Shown in pieces: positions 12,982 to 25,056 of a stretch of DNA of 64,000 nucleotides. The translations under genes were made by a program, and so were the position numbers. Source of the DNA: Octopus vulgaris (lineage: Eukaryota); the NCBI GenBank assembly GCA_951406725.2, contig OX597833.1, forward strand, positions 20,088,001-20,152,000. Reading direction: 5' to 3'. Under the pieces are notes generated by a model, which worked only from the letters and a program-made list of their open reading frames with translations, was not told the origin of the DNA and did no database searches. Every line of letters begins with the position of its first letter. Within the stretch, counting starts at the first letter, position 1.

Positions 12982-13526
12982 ATGCTCTGATGCAGTACCA
13001 GGCAAAAGCTCTCATGGCTTCTGATCTTAACTGATTGGAAGTGTTATCATGTACATTGTTTTGTCTTGGTATAAAAGATGGGCTACAGCAAATATTCTGC
13101 TCAATGCCACAGATTTACTTGTCAGTTGTTTGATCTTAACCATTTGTCCTTTGGTGGCTGATGAAATGTTCATCTCTGATCACGAGCAGAAGTAGTGGGA
13201 AAGCATCATAGCCATGTGTTGAAAGGAATTCTTTGGGGTTTTAATAATTCACCTCTGGTGAATAATTCATTCAACATCCTTTAACAACCCTTATTCAAGG
13301 ACCATTTAAGTAGGATGAGCTACTAGACCTGAAGAAAATTCTAACTGGGCCCCACCTGCAAGGTCATGTTCTGTTAATCTAGATTTGAGATCACCATGTT
13401 GCGTACATATGATTGTGATGCATGTGCCTGTTGTACCCTTATCAGACGGGTAATCATGATAGGTATACTGGGCTTTGTATATTTTACTCCAGTGTCACTT
13501 TGATAGCATGCTCTGCTCTCTCACTC
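12982..13526 (+). mobile_element. Second copy of the (TAA)n-embedded ~550 bp repeat
   Basis: Starts ATGCTCTGATGCAGTACCAGGC after (AAT)n; ends CTCTCTCACTC followed by (AAT)n. Confidence 0.8.
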
Positions 13527-13552
13527 AATAATAATAATAATAATAATAATAA

Positions 13553-13553
<1 letters not shown>

Positions 13554-13583
<30 letters not shown>

Positions 13584-13736
13584 AAGAAGAAGAAGAAGAA
13601 GAAGAAGAAGAAGAAGAAGAAGAAGAAGAAGAAGAAGAAGAAGAAGAAGAAGAAGAAGAAGAAGAAGAAGAAGAAGAAGAAGAAGAAGAAGAAGAAGAAG
13701 AAGAAGAAGAAGAAGAAGAAGAAGAAGAAGAAGAAG
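13554..13736. repeat. Pure (AAG)n tract, about 61 units
   Basis: Uninterrupted AAG run directly after (AAT)n. Confidence 0.97.
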
Positions 13737-13769
13737 AATAGATAAATACATAAATAAAATAATAGATAA

Positions 13770-13997
13770 ATAAAACATACAGACAAATATATAGCCAAAA
13801 CACCAGGACTTATATATAACATACAGAAAATAGCAATATTAGGCACTGCACACATCCTATGTAAAGCACTATACAATAAAAATAAACCACAGCACATACC
13901 CAAAGCACTCAGAACTGTGCTCTGTAGTACAGTGAAAGCACATGATAAGAATAAGCATGTGATAAGAATAAGACTATTGAGTAATGATAATAATAAT
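13770..13997 (+). mobile_element. 3' end of an R4/Dong-like non-LTR retrotransposon
   Basis: 13779-13871 translates TDKYIAKTPGLIYNIQKIAILGTAHILCKAL, matching the QKxxxLGTAHILR C-terminal motif of R4-clade REL elements; ends in TAA repeats. Confidence 0.75.
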
Positions 13998-14239
13998 CCT
14001 TTCTACTGTAGGCACAAGGCTTGAAATTTGGGGGGGAGGGAGACAGTTGGTTACATTGACTCCAATACTCAACTGGTACTTATTTTATCGATTCCAAAAA
14101 GATGAGAGGCAAAGATGACTATGGCAGAATTTGAACTCAGAAAATAGTGATGGGCGAAATACTGTTAAATGCCACAAAGAATTTTGTCCAGTGATGCTTA
14201 TACTGAGTCTGTGAAAACATTGCTCTTTTCCTAATAATC

Positions 14240-14600
14240 TTTTATCTTTTACTTGTTTCAGTCATTTGACTGTGGTCAGGCTGGGGCACCACCTTAAAGG
14301 ATTTAGTCAAGTGGATCAAACTCAGTACTTATTCTCTTTTTTTTTTAAAGCCTGGTGCTTATTCTATTGGTCTCTTTTGCTGAACTGCTAAGTTATGGGG
14401 ATGTAAACACACCAACATCGGTTGGACAACACAGACACGAAGACATACACGCACATATATGACAGCCTTCTTTCATCACAAGACTTTGGTCAGCCTGAGG
14501 CTATAGTAGAAGACACTTACCTAGGGTGCCACACAGTGGGACTGAACCCAAAACCATGTGGTTGGGAAGCTAACTTCTAACCACATAGCTTTGCCTGCAC
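14240..14600 (-). mobile_element. Family A SINE (diverged)
   Basis: Reverse complement of the family A head and tail. Confidence 0.8.
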
Positions 14601-14880
14601 CCAGCCACACCTGTGCCTACTTATTTTAAAATCTGGCACTCACTTATTCATTCGGTCTCTTTTGCTAAAATGCTAAGTTACATGGACATAAACAAACCAA
14701 CACCGGTAGTCAAATTATCAAACAGTGGTAGGAGACAAATACAAACACACATACACATACATATGATGGGCTTCCACACAGTTTCTATCCACAAAGTTCA
14801 CTCTCAAGGCATTGGTTGGCCCTTGAGCTCTAAGAGTAAACACTTGTCCAAGGTGCCTTGCAGTAGTACTGAACACCAGT

Positions 14881-15194
14881 GAAGGCACGTGGCTTAGTGG
14901 TTAGGGCATTTGGCTCACAATTGTAAGGTTGTGAGTTCAATTCCTGGCAACACGTGTCCTTGAGCAAGACACTTTATTTCACATTGTTCCAGTCCACTCA
15001 GCTGGCAAAAATGAGTTGTACCTGTATTTCAAAGGGCCGGCCTTGTCACACTGTATCATGCTGAATCTCCCTGAGAACTACATTAGGGGTACACATATCT
15101 GTGGATTGCTCACTTGCATGTTAATTTCATGAGCAAGCTATTCCATTGATCGTATCAGCTGGGACCCTCGTCGTCATAACCGACGGAGTGCTCC
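14881..15194 (+). mobile_element. Family D2 tRNA-derived SINE
   Basis: GAAGGCACGTGGCTTAGTGGTTAG, GAGTTCAATTCC, GTGTCCTTGAGCAAGACACTT; tail shared with 10141-10520. Confidence 0.8.
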
Positions 15195-15759
15195 TTCTGA
15201 ACACCAAACAAGGTGATTGCAAAACAAACTTTCTTAACCACACAGCCATGTCTATGCAATGATGATAATAAATTAAAAAAGAAGAAAAAAAATCGACTAA
15301 CCTTTGATTTAAAATTGCCAACATTAGAAAATTATTTGGTTAGAAAAAAAAAACAATTTCAGCATCTTTTAGCAAGCAAGCAGCATTAATTAAAACATCC
15401 TAGAAATGCGTCGAGTCAACATCGAAATACAGGAGAAAGAGTAGTGGAGAGAATGAGCTGACCATTCCAAATGAAGCAACTATAAGATATTCTATGTAAA
15501 CTAAGTCAGTGCTAATTAGGAAAGAAACTAGAAACATAATAGCTGAGACAAACAATGTCTTCAATAAGAAGAACCATTGTCCAAAAGTAAGTCATTTGGG
15601 CATTGTTAGCAAAATTAAATTTGATAACATGGTATTTGTGATGTCATTAACTGATATATGGTGTACGTTTTTAACTGGTTGACTGATTAGGTAGGTGGGT
15701 GGGTGGAGGAATAATAAAATAAAAACAAAAAGAAAACAAAATTCTAATTTTTTTATATA

Positions 15760-17125
15760 CAGGGTGCGACGGGTAAATTGTCACTAATTTATTTATTTAA
15801 TTTCACACCTGTGCATTGTTTGTTTTTGATTTTATTAAATACACAGTATAGTAGGGTCAGTTGGGCACTGTCTGTGAGAAAAACAGCACCATGATGCAAT
15901 TTACTCAGCCAGAAATTTGGAAACGACATGCTGTACTGCTTGGCAGTCGCACCGGAAGTTCCAATATAAACATTTCAGAGTGTTTGGGTGTCAATCTGAG
16001 GACAGTGCAATCTGAGGACATGTACTGAGAGTGATAAAGATCAAACATCTAGTCAGCTTCATGGTGTTTGGAATGATCATGAGTGATGGTGACATTATTC
16101 CACCATTCATCTTCCCACACAGTCTCAGACTCAACACGGAGGCCTACATCAAGTGCCTGGAGGAGGTAGTGCTGCCCTGGGTCAAGAGGGTAGCTGCTGA
16201 AAGACTATATCTGGCAATAGGACCCTGCACCATGGCACTCAAGCAGGAGAACCCAGTCATGGCTGTCAGACAATTTCTGTGACCACATCACCCTAATATC
16301 TGGCCACCTGACTCTCTAAACTCCAACCCCATGGGTTATTAAATGTAGAGCACAGTTGAACAAGAGACCAACAGAATTCCTTGTAACACCAAAGATGATC
16401 TGAAGGCAAGGATTATGACAGCATTCACCAACATAAACAAGGAGGCTGTCCAGAAGAGTTGCAGGAGATTCCAAAGTTGTTTGGAAGCCATGGTTGAAGC
16501 CAATGGCGAATTTAAGGAATAAATTTACTCTTTAGTATTTCAAGATATTTTTTATGAAAGTTTGGTAAATTGAAATCAAATTCGATGAATGGCATCTGTG
16601 CTAATGGAGCGCTAAGAGTACCATCCGAGCATGATCGTTGCCAGAGCAACAAACTGGCTTCTGTGCTGGTGGTACATAAAAAGCACCATTCAAGCATGAT
16701 TGTTATCTGCATCGCCTTACTGGCACTAGTGCCGGTGGCACGTGAAAAAACATTCAAGCGAGGTTGTTGCTAGTGCTGCTGGACTGGATCCTGTGCAGGT
16801 GGCACATAAAAAACACCATTTGAGTGTGGCCGCTGCCAGTACCACCTGACTGGTTCTCGTGCCGGTGTCATGTAAAAGCACCCACTACACTCTTGGAGTG
16901 GTTGGTGTTAGGAAGGGCATCCAGCTGTAGAACTCTGCCAGATCAGATTGGAGCCTGGTGCAGCCATCTGGTTCGTCAGACCTCAGTCAAATCATCCAAC
17001 CCATGCTAGCATGGAAAGTGGACGTTAAACAATGATGATGATGATGATGATGATGATGAAAATGATATGTCAGTGTTATTTTCATTTTTGCGTAACTTAG
17101 ACACCAGTTTATTCACAGCACCCTG
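15760..17125 (+). mobile_element. Decayed, internally deleted Tc1/mariner (maT/DD37D-like) transposon interrupted by a family C element
   Basis: TA-CAGGGTG ... CACCCTG-TA termini; peptide MVFGMIMSDG..PPFIFP..LRLNTEAYIKCLEEVVLPW, then frameshifted W-x-x-D-x-AP and WPP-x-S motif remnants. Confidence 0.8.
16585..17058 (+). mobile_element. Family C element with internal ~65 bp tandem repeats
   Basis: Several AAAAGCACCATTCxAGC units, then the conserved GTGGTTGG..TTAGGAAGGGCATCCAG tail and (GAT)n. Confidence 0.85.
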
Positions 17126-17150
17126 TATAACTGATTTTAATACTTATACA

Positions 17151-17372
17151 TATGAGGGGGTGATGGAAAGTTCCTGGTTTTAAGGGTATCACAAAAGGCC
17201 TAGATGGAGGCCCAACATTCCAAGTTCTTTTTACAGGGCTTAGTAAAACTGAAGGACAACTGCAATAAGTATGTGAAACTCAAAGGGGAATGTGTCGAAT
17301 AAAATCATAATTAACTGATCCTCCTGTATTTTCTTTTATCCAAAGCCAGGAACTTTTCAGCACACCCTTATA
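17151..17372 (+). mobile_element. Mariner-derived MITE
   Basis: TIRs TATGAGGGGGTGATGGAAAGTTCCTGG / CCAGGAACTTTTCAGCACACCCTTATA; interior encodes the mariner C-terminal remnant NKYVKLKGECVE*. Confidence 0.7.
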
Positions 17373-17757
17373 AATATACATATATATATATATATTTGCA
17401 TAAATACACACACACACACATAGTTGTGTGGTTAAGAAGCGCACTTTGCAAACATGTGGTTTCAGGTTCAGTCCCATGGCACAGCAGCTTGGGAAAGCGT
17501 CTTCTACAGTAGCTCAGGCCGACCGATGTTTTATGAGTTTATTTGGCAGATAGAAACTGTGTGGAAGCTTGTCATATACATATATACATACATACATATA
17601 TACATATGTACATGTGTATGTATGGCTGTATGTATGTGTCTTTGTGTCCGTGTTTCTCCCTCCCCTATCACTCGGCAACTGATGTTGGTTTGTTTACATC
17701 CCCATAACTTAGCAGTTTGGCAAAAGAGATGAATAGAATAAGTTCCAGACTTATTCT

Positions 17758-17990
17758 AAGGCGGCGAGCTGGCAGAAACGTTAGCACACCAGGTGACATG
17801 CTTAGCGGAATTTCGCCATTCTTTACGTTCTGAGTTCAAATTCCGCTGAGGTCGACTTTGCCTATCATCCTTTTGGGGTCGATAAATTAAGTACCAGTTA
17901 CACACTGGGATCGATGTAATCGACTTAATCCCTTTGTCTGTCCTTGTTTGTCCCCTCTATGTTTAGCCCCTTTTGGGTAATAAACAAATA
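17758..17990 (+). mobile_element. Family B tRNA-derived SINE (monomer)
   Basis: AAGGCGGCGAGCTGGCAGAA head, GAGTTCAAATTCC B box, GGTCGACTTTGCCT..CATCCTTT.GGGGTCGATAAATTAAGTACCAG central domain. Confidence 0.9.
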
Positions 17991-18435
17991 AAATTAAGTA
18001 TCAGACAGGTGTAAAGAAATAAAAATGTTCTTGAGTCAATTTACTTGACTTAAACCCTTCAAAATGATGCCTCAGCATAGCTACAGACCAATAAGTGCTC
18101 ACCTGGCACTTATTTTATTGCCACTCCTGTAAGGATGAAAGGCAAAGGTAGCTTCAGTGGTATTTGAACTCAGGATGTAATGAGTCAGTAAAAATTCCAC
18201 TAAGCATTTTTGAGGGAGATGGGGCAGCAGGAAATCATGATGGTAATGCTTTTCCCAAAGACATTAACAGATTAAGTGAAGGAAATAGCTTCAATAAGGA
18301 ATTGAAACTTGTTTTCACATATTCTCAGTTGAACAGAACTTCTACACTGCTAACCAGAGAAAGCATTTGGTACAGTAATCAGTAGTGATAAGAATACAAG
18401 ATCTAATGCTGTAAAACACACGCACATGCACACAC

Positions 18436-18490
<55 letters not shown>

Positions 18491-20293
18491 TTTTATTTTT
18501 ATTTATTTTGAATTGGATCCAACTGTAACAAACTAATGTTCTTTTCAGATAGGAAGAGTTGATTCTTTTGTATTTACAACTAATGAAATATCTTTATTAA
18601 GATATCTGAGATTCTTCTAAAGGAGATGCTAATTTGATACTAAATCTTTTCAATCTCACCAATTTGGGAATGTACACTTATTCTCCGTTTCCTCTCATTC
18701 ATTCATGCACATATTGTACGAAATCCCACAACCCAATTAACTGACAGAGCACTCACATCTACTAATCCATTGACATGCCATCATTTCCTTCTCTTTCTTA
18801 TATCATTACTTTAATGGATCTGTTCTGTGCATCCCCCAGTTTTACATCACTCCCACTTAAACCCACTTGATGTAAGTGCCTCTCCCTCCCCTTCTTATCA
18901 GTCTTACTGTGTCCCCTGTCTCAGATCTTACACTAAAGTCTTCATGTAGTCTATCACCTCCAGAATTACATTTAACTATAACTTATCTACTCATATTTCT
19001 GTTCCCATCGCCACAAGTTCAAACTGAATGACCTGTCTGTATCAACCTTTAAAGCTCAAACTAATGAAGGGAGTCTCTAGGTGGTTGATCAACCTGCTAG
19101 AAACAGTTGCCAAATTTCCTTCAAATCACATCCTATCATCTTACAAAATGAAGTAAACACTAGAATTTGCAGACCTGTATTTACCACAACCATCATCATC
19201 ATCATCATTTAATATCCCTTCTTCTATGCTGTATATGTTGGATGGTTCAACATGAACTGATGAGCCAGAGGGCTGCACCGGGCTTCAGTGTCAGCTCTGA
19301 CAGGGTTCCTAAGGCTGGATACCCTTCCTAATGCCAACCACTTCACAGAGTGTACCGAGGGCCTTTTCATGTGGCACCAGCACCAGTGAGGTCACCAACT
19401 ACTTGCAAGACAAGAGCCTCCCCCCCACCTCAACTGAGTGGTGGAATAGTATTAAAGGATATGAAAGAATGATAGAGGTACAACAGCAGGTGTCATGCTG
19501 AAGAGGTGAATACATTTCTGAGAGAAAACTAATTTTAGGGTGCTCATGATCTGAATACCTTTAATCACAGACCCTCTCAGTCAGAGCTGATCTGGGCTAA
19601 ACAACAACAACAACCACATCAAGCTATTCTGTCTCCTAATGTCATGGTTCTGGGTTCAGTCCCACTGCATGATGCCTGGGGCAAGTGTCTTCTGCTATAG
19701 CCTCAGGCCGACCAAAGCCTTGAGTGGAGTTGGCAGATGGAAACTGAAAGAAGCCTGTCATATGTATGTATGTATCATCATCATCATTTAACATCCTCCT
19801 TCCATGCTGACTTGGGTTAAATGGTTTGACAGGAGCTGGCCAGGTGGGAGCCTATACCATGCTTCTGTGTCTGTTTTGGCATGGTTTTAAGGCTGGATAC
19901 CCTTCCTAACACCAACCACTCCGTAGAGTGGCTTGAGTGCTTTTTATGTGGCATTTGCACAGGCAATGTCAGTTTTTGGCATGGTTTTTACAGCTGGATG
20001 CCCTTCCAAATGCCAACCACTTTACAGTGTGAACTGGGTATTTTTGAAGTGGCACCCTATCACCACCACCACTTGACAGCTGTTATTGGTGTGTTTACAT
20101 CACCATAACTTAGTGGTTTGGCAAAAAAGTCTGATAGAATAAGTACTAAGCCTAAAAAAATATGTCCTGGAGTCAATTTATTCAACTAAAACCCTTCAAG
20201 GCAGAGCCCCAGCATGGTTGCAGTCTAATGACTGAAACAAGTAGAAGATAAAAGATAACATTATGTAATACCGGATAAAATAAATATATAAAG

Positions 20294-21306
20294 CAGGGGT
20301 TCTCAACTACTTTTATCTATGGACCCCTTTGATTACTATTTTATTCTGGTGGAACCCCATAGCCATTCGGTCTCCCCTTCGTAAATATATATATAAGGAC
20401 ACAGGAAATGTGTCAAGGCTGACAGGAAGTGTTGATGCTTCCTAGGGTTAAACAGGGGTGGTGTAATTCCCTTACAGGAATGTCACATTAAGTTGACAGT
20501 ATACAACCACTCTATTGCTCCACCACCGTACATATCTCTATGAGATATTTAGAAATTTAATATGCCTAAAAGCTAGTTTTATAAATACTTCTTTCAAAAT
20601 TCCTGTTTTGTGTTTCACACATTCACTTGTATAAGTTTGCAACAGAACTTGCTGAGAGAACATGTTTCAGTTGTTGAGAACATGTAAAACTATGCAAAAC
20701 ATCAGAGAAAGAAACCTAGCTGTTTCGTATTGCTTTACTGCCCACAAGGGGCTAAACATAGAGGGGACAAACAAGGACAGACAAACGGATTAAGTCGATT
20801 ATATCGACCCCAGTGCATAACTGGTACTTAATTTATCGACCCCGAAAGGATGAAAGGCAAAGTCGACCTTGGCGGAATTTGAACTCAGAACGTAACAGCA
20901 GATGAAATATTTATTTCTTTACTACCCACAAGGGGCTAAACACAAAGAGGACAAACAAGGACAGACAAACGGATTAAGTCGATTATATCGACCCCAGTGC
21001 ATAACTGGTACTTAATTTATCGACCCCGAAAGAATGAAAGGCAAAGTCGACCTTGGCAGAATTTGAACCCAGAACGTAACAGCAGATGAAATACCACTAA
21101 GCATTTCGCCCAGCGTGCTAACGTTTCTGCCAGTTCGCCACCTTAAACCTAGCTGTTTCTAACAATAAACACATCTACAGCAAAATTTTCTTCGTGGCCC
21201 TTTAAAATACTAACATGGATCCCCAGTTTATTATTTTCTTGCATGGGCCCCAAAAATCTGATATTGATCCCCCAGTGTCTATATGGACCCTGGTTCAGAA
21301 CCACTG
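20294..21306 (+). mobile_element. hAT (Charlie-like) MITE with nested insertions
   Basis: TIRs CAGGGGTTCTCAAC / GTTCAGAACCACTG; 8 bp TSD ATATAAAG / ATATAGAG (7/8 match); related copy at 42728-43045. Confidence 0.75.
20727..21144 (-). mobile_element. Family B SINE head-to-tail dimer
   Basis: Two ~183 bp units; 15 bp TSD AAACCTAGCTGTTTC at 20712-26 and 21145-59. Confidence 0.9.
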
Positions 21307-22125
21307 ATATAGAGAGTATGATTATAGCTGAAACATTGATCATTGTTCTGCTTGCTTATCGTTGACCTGGGGCTAAACAACAACACCGCAACAACAACAT
21401 GAGAAACGTGCGTGTGCGTGGGCATGCATGCACACATATTTCTAATCAATGCTGATGAAAGGAGACAGGATATAAGACAACTGATAACAGTAAGTAATTG
21501 AAGTTGATAAAGACAAGATAAGACATTTATAGAGTTCCAACCACTTGTCAACTCTCCTTAATCTAGATTAAGAATGTTTTAAAAGAGGTGCAACAATACT
21601 TGTGTTGAAATGAGGAGAATGGAAAAATAAAAATACAAAAATACACACATACAAATAAATAAATATCAAACACACACACACACACACACTCAGCAGGGAG
21701 AAAGAGCAAGAGAGAGAGAGAAAATCAATGATAAAGATAACAATCTTATGTTATCTGATAGTCTAATCTGTTTGCATTGATATCTAAACATATTGAAAGT
21801 GAACAAGAGCTGAACAGTGGGAGCGAGGAGATGCCGGCTGCTACTGCTGAGTTTGGAGATATGGTGGTGTAAGAGTGAGGTTATAAGGGGGGCTGGGAGG
21901 GGGTGTGGTGGGGGAGAAAATGAGTCATAAGAATAATAATATAAACTGATAAAAAGATAAATAGGTAGTAAAGAAAAAAGTGTAAGATACAAAAGTAAAA
22001 CTATACAGGAAAAAGAAGAGGAAAAAACCCGAAGAAGAAACTACTGCACGTGTTGCAAATGTGAAAGTAATTGCATTACTGAAAGACAACAAAGTTCATA
22101 TATTGATTAACGAGAGAGTACTGTG

Positions 22126-22212
22126 AAGAGAGAGAGAGATAGTGCATAACAGAGAGAGAGAGAGATAGTGCATAACAGAGAGAGAGAGAGATAGTGCATA
22201 ACAGAGAGAGAG
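22126..22212. repeat. 24 bp minisatellite (GA)n-TAGTGCATAACA x3
   Basis: Three near-perfect GAGAGAGAGAGATAGTGCATAACA units. Confidence 0.9.
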
Positions 22213-22784
22213 ACAGTGTCATATGAGAGAGAGAGGCAGACAGACAGAGAGAAAGGGAGATTAAAGCTGAGTGGAGACAGACAGGAATGGAGGTGGTGGG
22301 TGGTGGGTGGAAGAAAGAGAAAGAGGAAACAAGCAGAGACACCTAACATATTTGAGGATCAATAGACTATCAAATAGTGTCTACTTCACCATATAGGATG
22401 ATGATGGCTTGTAAAGCTTTAAAAACAAGTCATCCAAAACTTGGTGGGTGTCGTCTTACAACTGTTGTGTAGCATTTGAATGCTGGTGGTGTGCTGCCCT
22501 ACTGACCCCAGTAGGTTTCAGATCTCTGTCTGACCACTGTCCCCATCATAGATAAGTTCCATGAACTTATCCCTGATGCTCCTTTACACAATACCTTACT
22601 GATTTCTGAAAGTTCACAGGTTATAGAAGTGTGTGTGTGTGTGTAGGGGTGGGGGGGTTAATGTCATAATTGATTTCATTGACTTCCAGAACTTAACTGG
22701 TACTTCATCACCCTTCCTCTCTTGAAGGATAAAAGACAAAGTTAAACCCAACATAACCATTTCATTTTTTGTTTTATACGTTAT

Positions 22785-23065
22785 GGGCCATTGCCAGCCT
22801 TGCCTGGCCCCCCGTGCTGGCGGCACATAAAAAGCACCATCCGTCCGTGGCCGTTTGCCAGCCCCGTCTGGCACCTGTGCGGGTGGCACGTAAAAAGCAC
22901 CCACTACACTCACGGAGTGGTTGGCGTTAGGAAGGGCATCCAGCCGTAGAAACACTGCCAGATCAGACTGGGCCTGGTGCAGCCTTCTAGCTTCCCAGAC
23001 CCCAGTTGAACCGTCCAACCCATGCTAGCATGGAAAGCAGACGCTAAATGATGATGATGATGATG
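22785..23065 (+). mobile_element. Family C element
   Basis: Conserved tail GGCGTTAGGAAGGGCATCCAGCCGTAG...CCCATGCTAGCATGG...(GAT)n. Confidence 0.85.
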
Positions 23066-23214
23066 TTAGTTTGGAGGGACAGAGCACATGACTTTTGCAG
23101 GCAGGTGCTGCTGGACTGGTGAGATTGATGCAGCTAATGTTTAGTCTGCTTACAGAGAAATCTAAAGCCAAAGAGGAACCTTACATCTGGTATGAATACT
23201 TGCAATTGAATGTA

Positions 23215-23970
23215 TTAACCCTTTAGCATTTAAATCACTCTGCTCAAATGTTATGCTGTCTTATTCACATTGCTTTGAATTAATCATGCTTTATCTCGTA
23301 ACTTCAAGATTTTAATTATGTGATTTTTTTATATTTAAGAATCACATTTGTAGGGTAGATGTGAGAGGTTAGATCTGGCCAGTTTGAACATGAAACAGGT
23401 AGAATATTTGGGCCAGATACAACTGGTCTAACCCTTTCTTTACTGTATTTATTTTGAAATGCTTTGTGTTTCTTTTGATTATTTTAAAATAAAACAAAGA
23501 ATTTAGTAAAATAACTTAGTTATCATTCAGCTAGTGTTAGGAACATAAATTGGGACTAAGGTTTGGTGGAAGATTTTAATTCAGAACTTATGGAAACAAG
23601 ACATTTGTACTCAGATCCAGAAGTGGTTTTAGCCAGGTTGGTAAAGAAAGGGTTAAACCATTCATATCCAGCCATATTCTATCAGTTTTATGTTCAAACT
23701 GGCCAGATCTCACCCCTCACACATACACCCTACATTATCATTCTAAAAATAAACAAAATGCTCTGTGTTTCTTTCAATTATTTTAAATATAACAAAGAAT
23801 TTAGTAAAATAACTTAGTTATCATTCAGCTAGTGTTAGGAACATAAATTGTGACTAAGGTTTGGTGGAAGATTTTAATTCAAAACTTATGAAAACAAGAC
23901 ATTTGTACTACAGAGCCAGAAGTGGTTTCAACTGGGTTGGTAACAAAAGGGTTAAATGATAAAGGGTTAA
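23215..23970. mobile_element. Nested piggyBac-type MITE cluster
   Basis: Outer TTAA-CCCTTTAGCATT ... TAAAGGGTTAA; inner ~230 bp MITE copies at 23429-23656 and 23757-23955 ending AAGGGTTAA, homologous to 55251-55481. Confidence 0.75.
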
Positions 23971-24179
23971 AGACACCAGATGGTAGTGTTTAAACTGGAT
24001 GGTATGCAAGGCATACCGTGAACTCAAAATATCAAGAGATATAAGTAAACAACACAAGACAGTTTGTAGTCTGCTCTACTGATTCTACCAAATCACTACC
24101 TCCTTTTATAGCTTTTCAAAAACTATCCACAACAACAGTAAGTATGACACTATGGAATACAGTGCCATACATTCAAATA

Positions 24180-24558
24180 CTCTTTTACTCTTTTACTTGT
24201 TTCAGTCATTTGACTGTGGCCATGCTGGAGCACTGCCTTTAGTTGAGCAAATCGACCCCGGGATTTATTCTTTGTAAGCCCAGTACTTATTCTATCGGTC
24301 TCTTTTGCCGAACCGCTAAGTGACGGGGACGTAAACACACACCAGCATCGGTTGTCAAGCAATGCTAGGGGGACAAACACACATACATATATACGACAGG
24401 CTTCTTTCAGTTTCCGTCTACCAAATCCACTCACAAGGCATTGGTCAGCCCGGGGCTATAGCAGAAGACACTTGCCCAAGATGCCACGCAGTGGGATTGA
24501 ACCCAGAACCATGTGGTTGGTTAGCAAGCTACTTACCACACAGCCACTCCTGCGCCTG
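24180..24558 (-). mobile_element. Family A SINE, full length and young
   Basis: Highly similar to 53435-53840; CpGs retained. Confidence 0.9.
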
Positions 24559-25056
24559 TAACAAATGTTACAGTTGATTACATAATTTATTCAAACTTTG
24601 CTTTATGATCATTTAATTGAATTTAATTTTGGAAAATTGATCAGCTGAATCAAATGACCGAAACAAAGTAAAAGAGTAAAAGTTTTGGTTACTATTTAGT
24701 TACTTATGGCAGAATTCTTCTTACAGATTTGAATATCATTATCATCATCATCATCATCATTTGACATCTGTTAAACGATGATGATGGCATTCAAATCTAA
24801 AGAGGAAATGTTGATTGTTATGTTTCACCATAAGAGAACAACTTCTCCTTTGCGGTGAGTGTGCGTTCTTATCGCACGATTCAATTCATTAGCACAAGGG
24901 ACTTGGGCATAGCTGATGTTTTGACATCGTTATGTCTCATCAGTCAGAAGCACCCCAGACTAATGAACGAAACAAAAAATTTGAAACTCTTGTTTACAAC
25001 TTCAGCAAACAAACTATTTGCTGATCTTTGTGATATCTGCCAACCATTGATAAACC

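Noticed and set aside
13422-13903. Poly-K/F/L/S ORFs
   Set aside because: (AAG)n microsatellite
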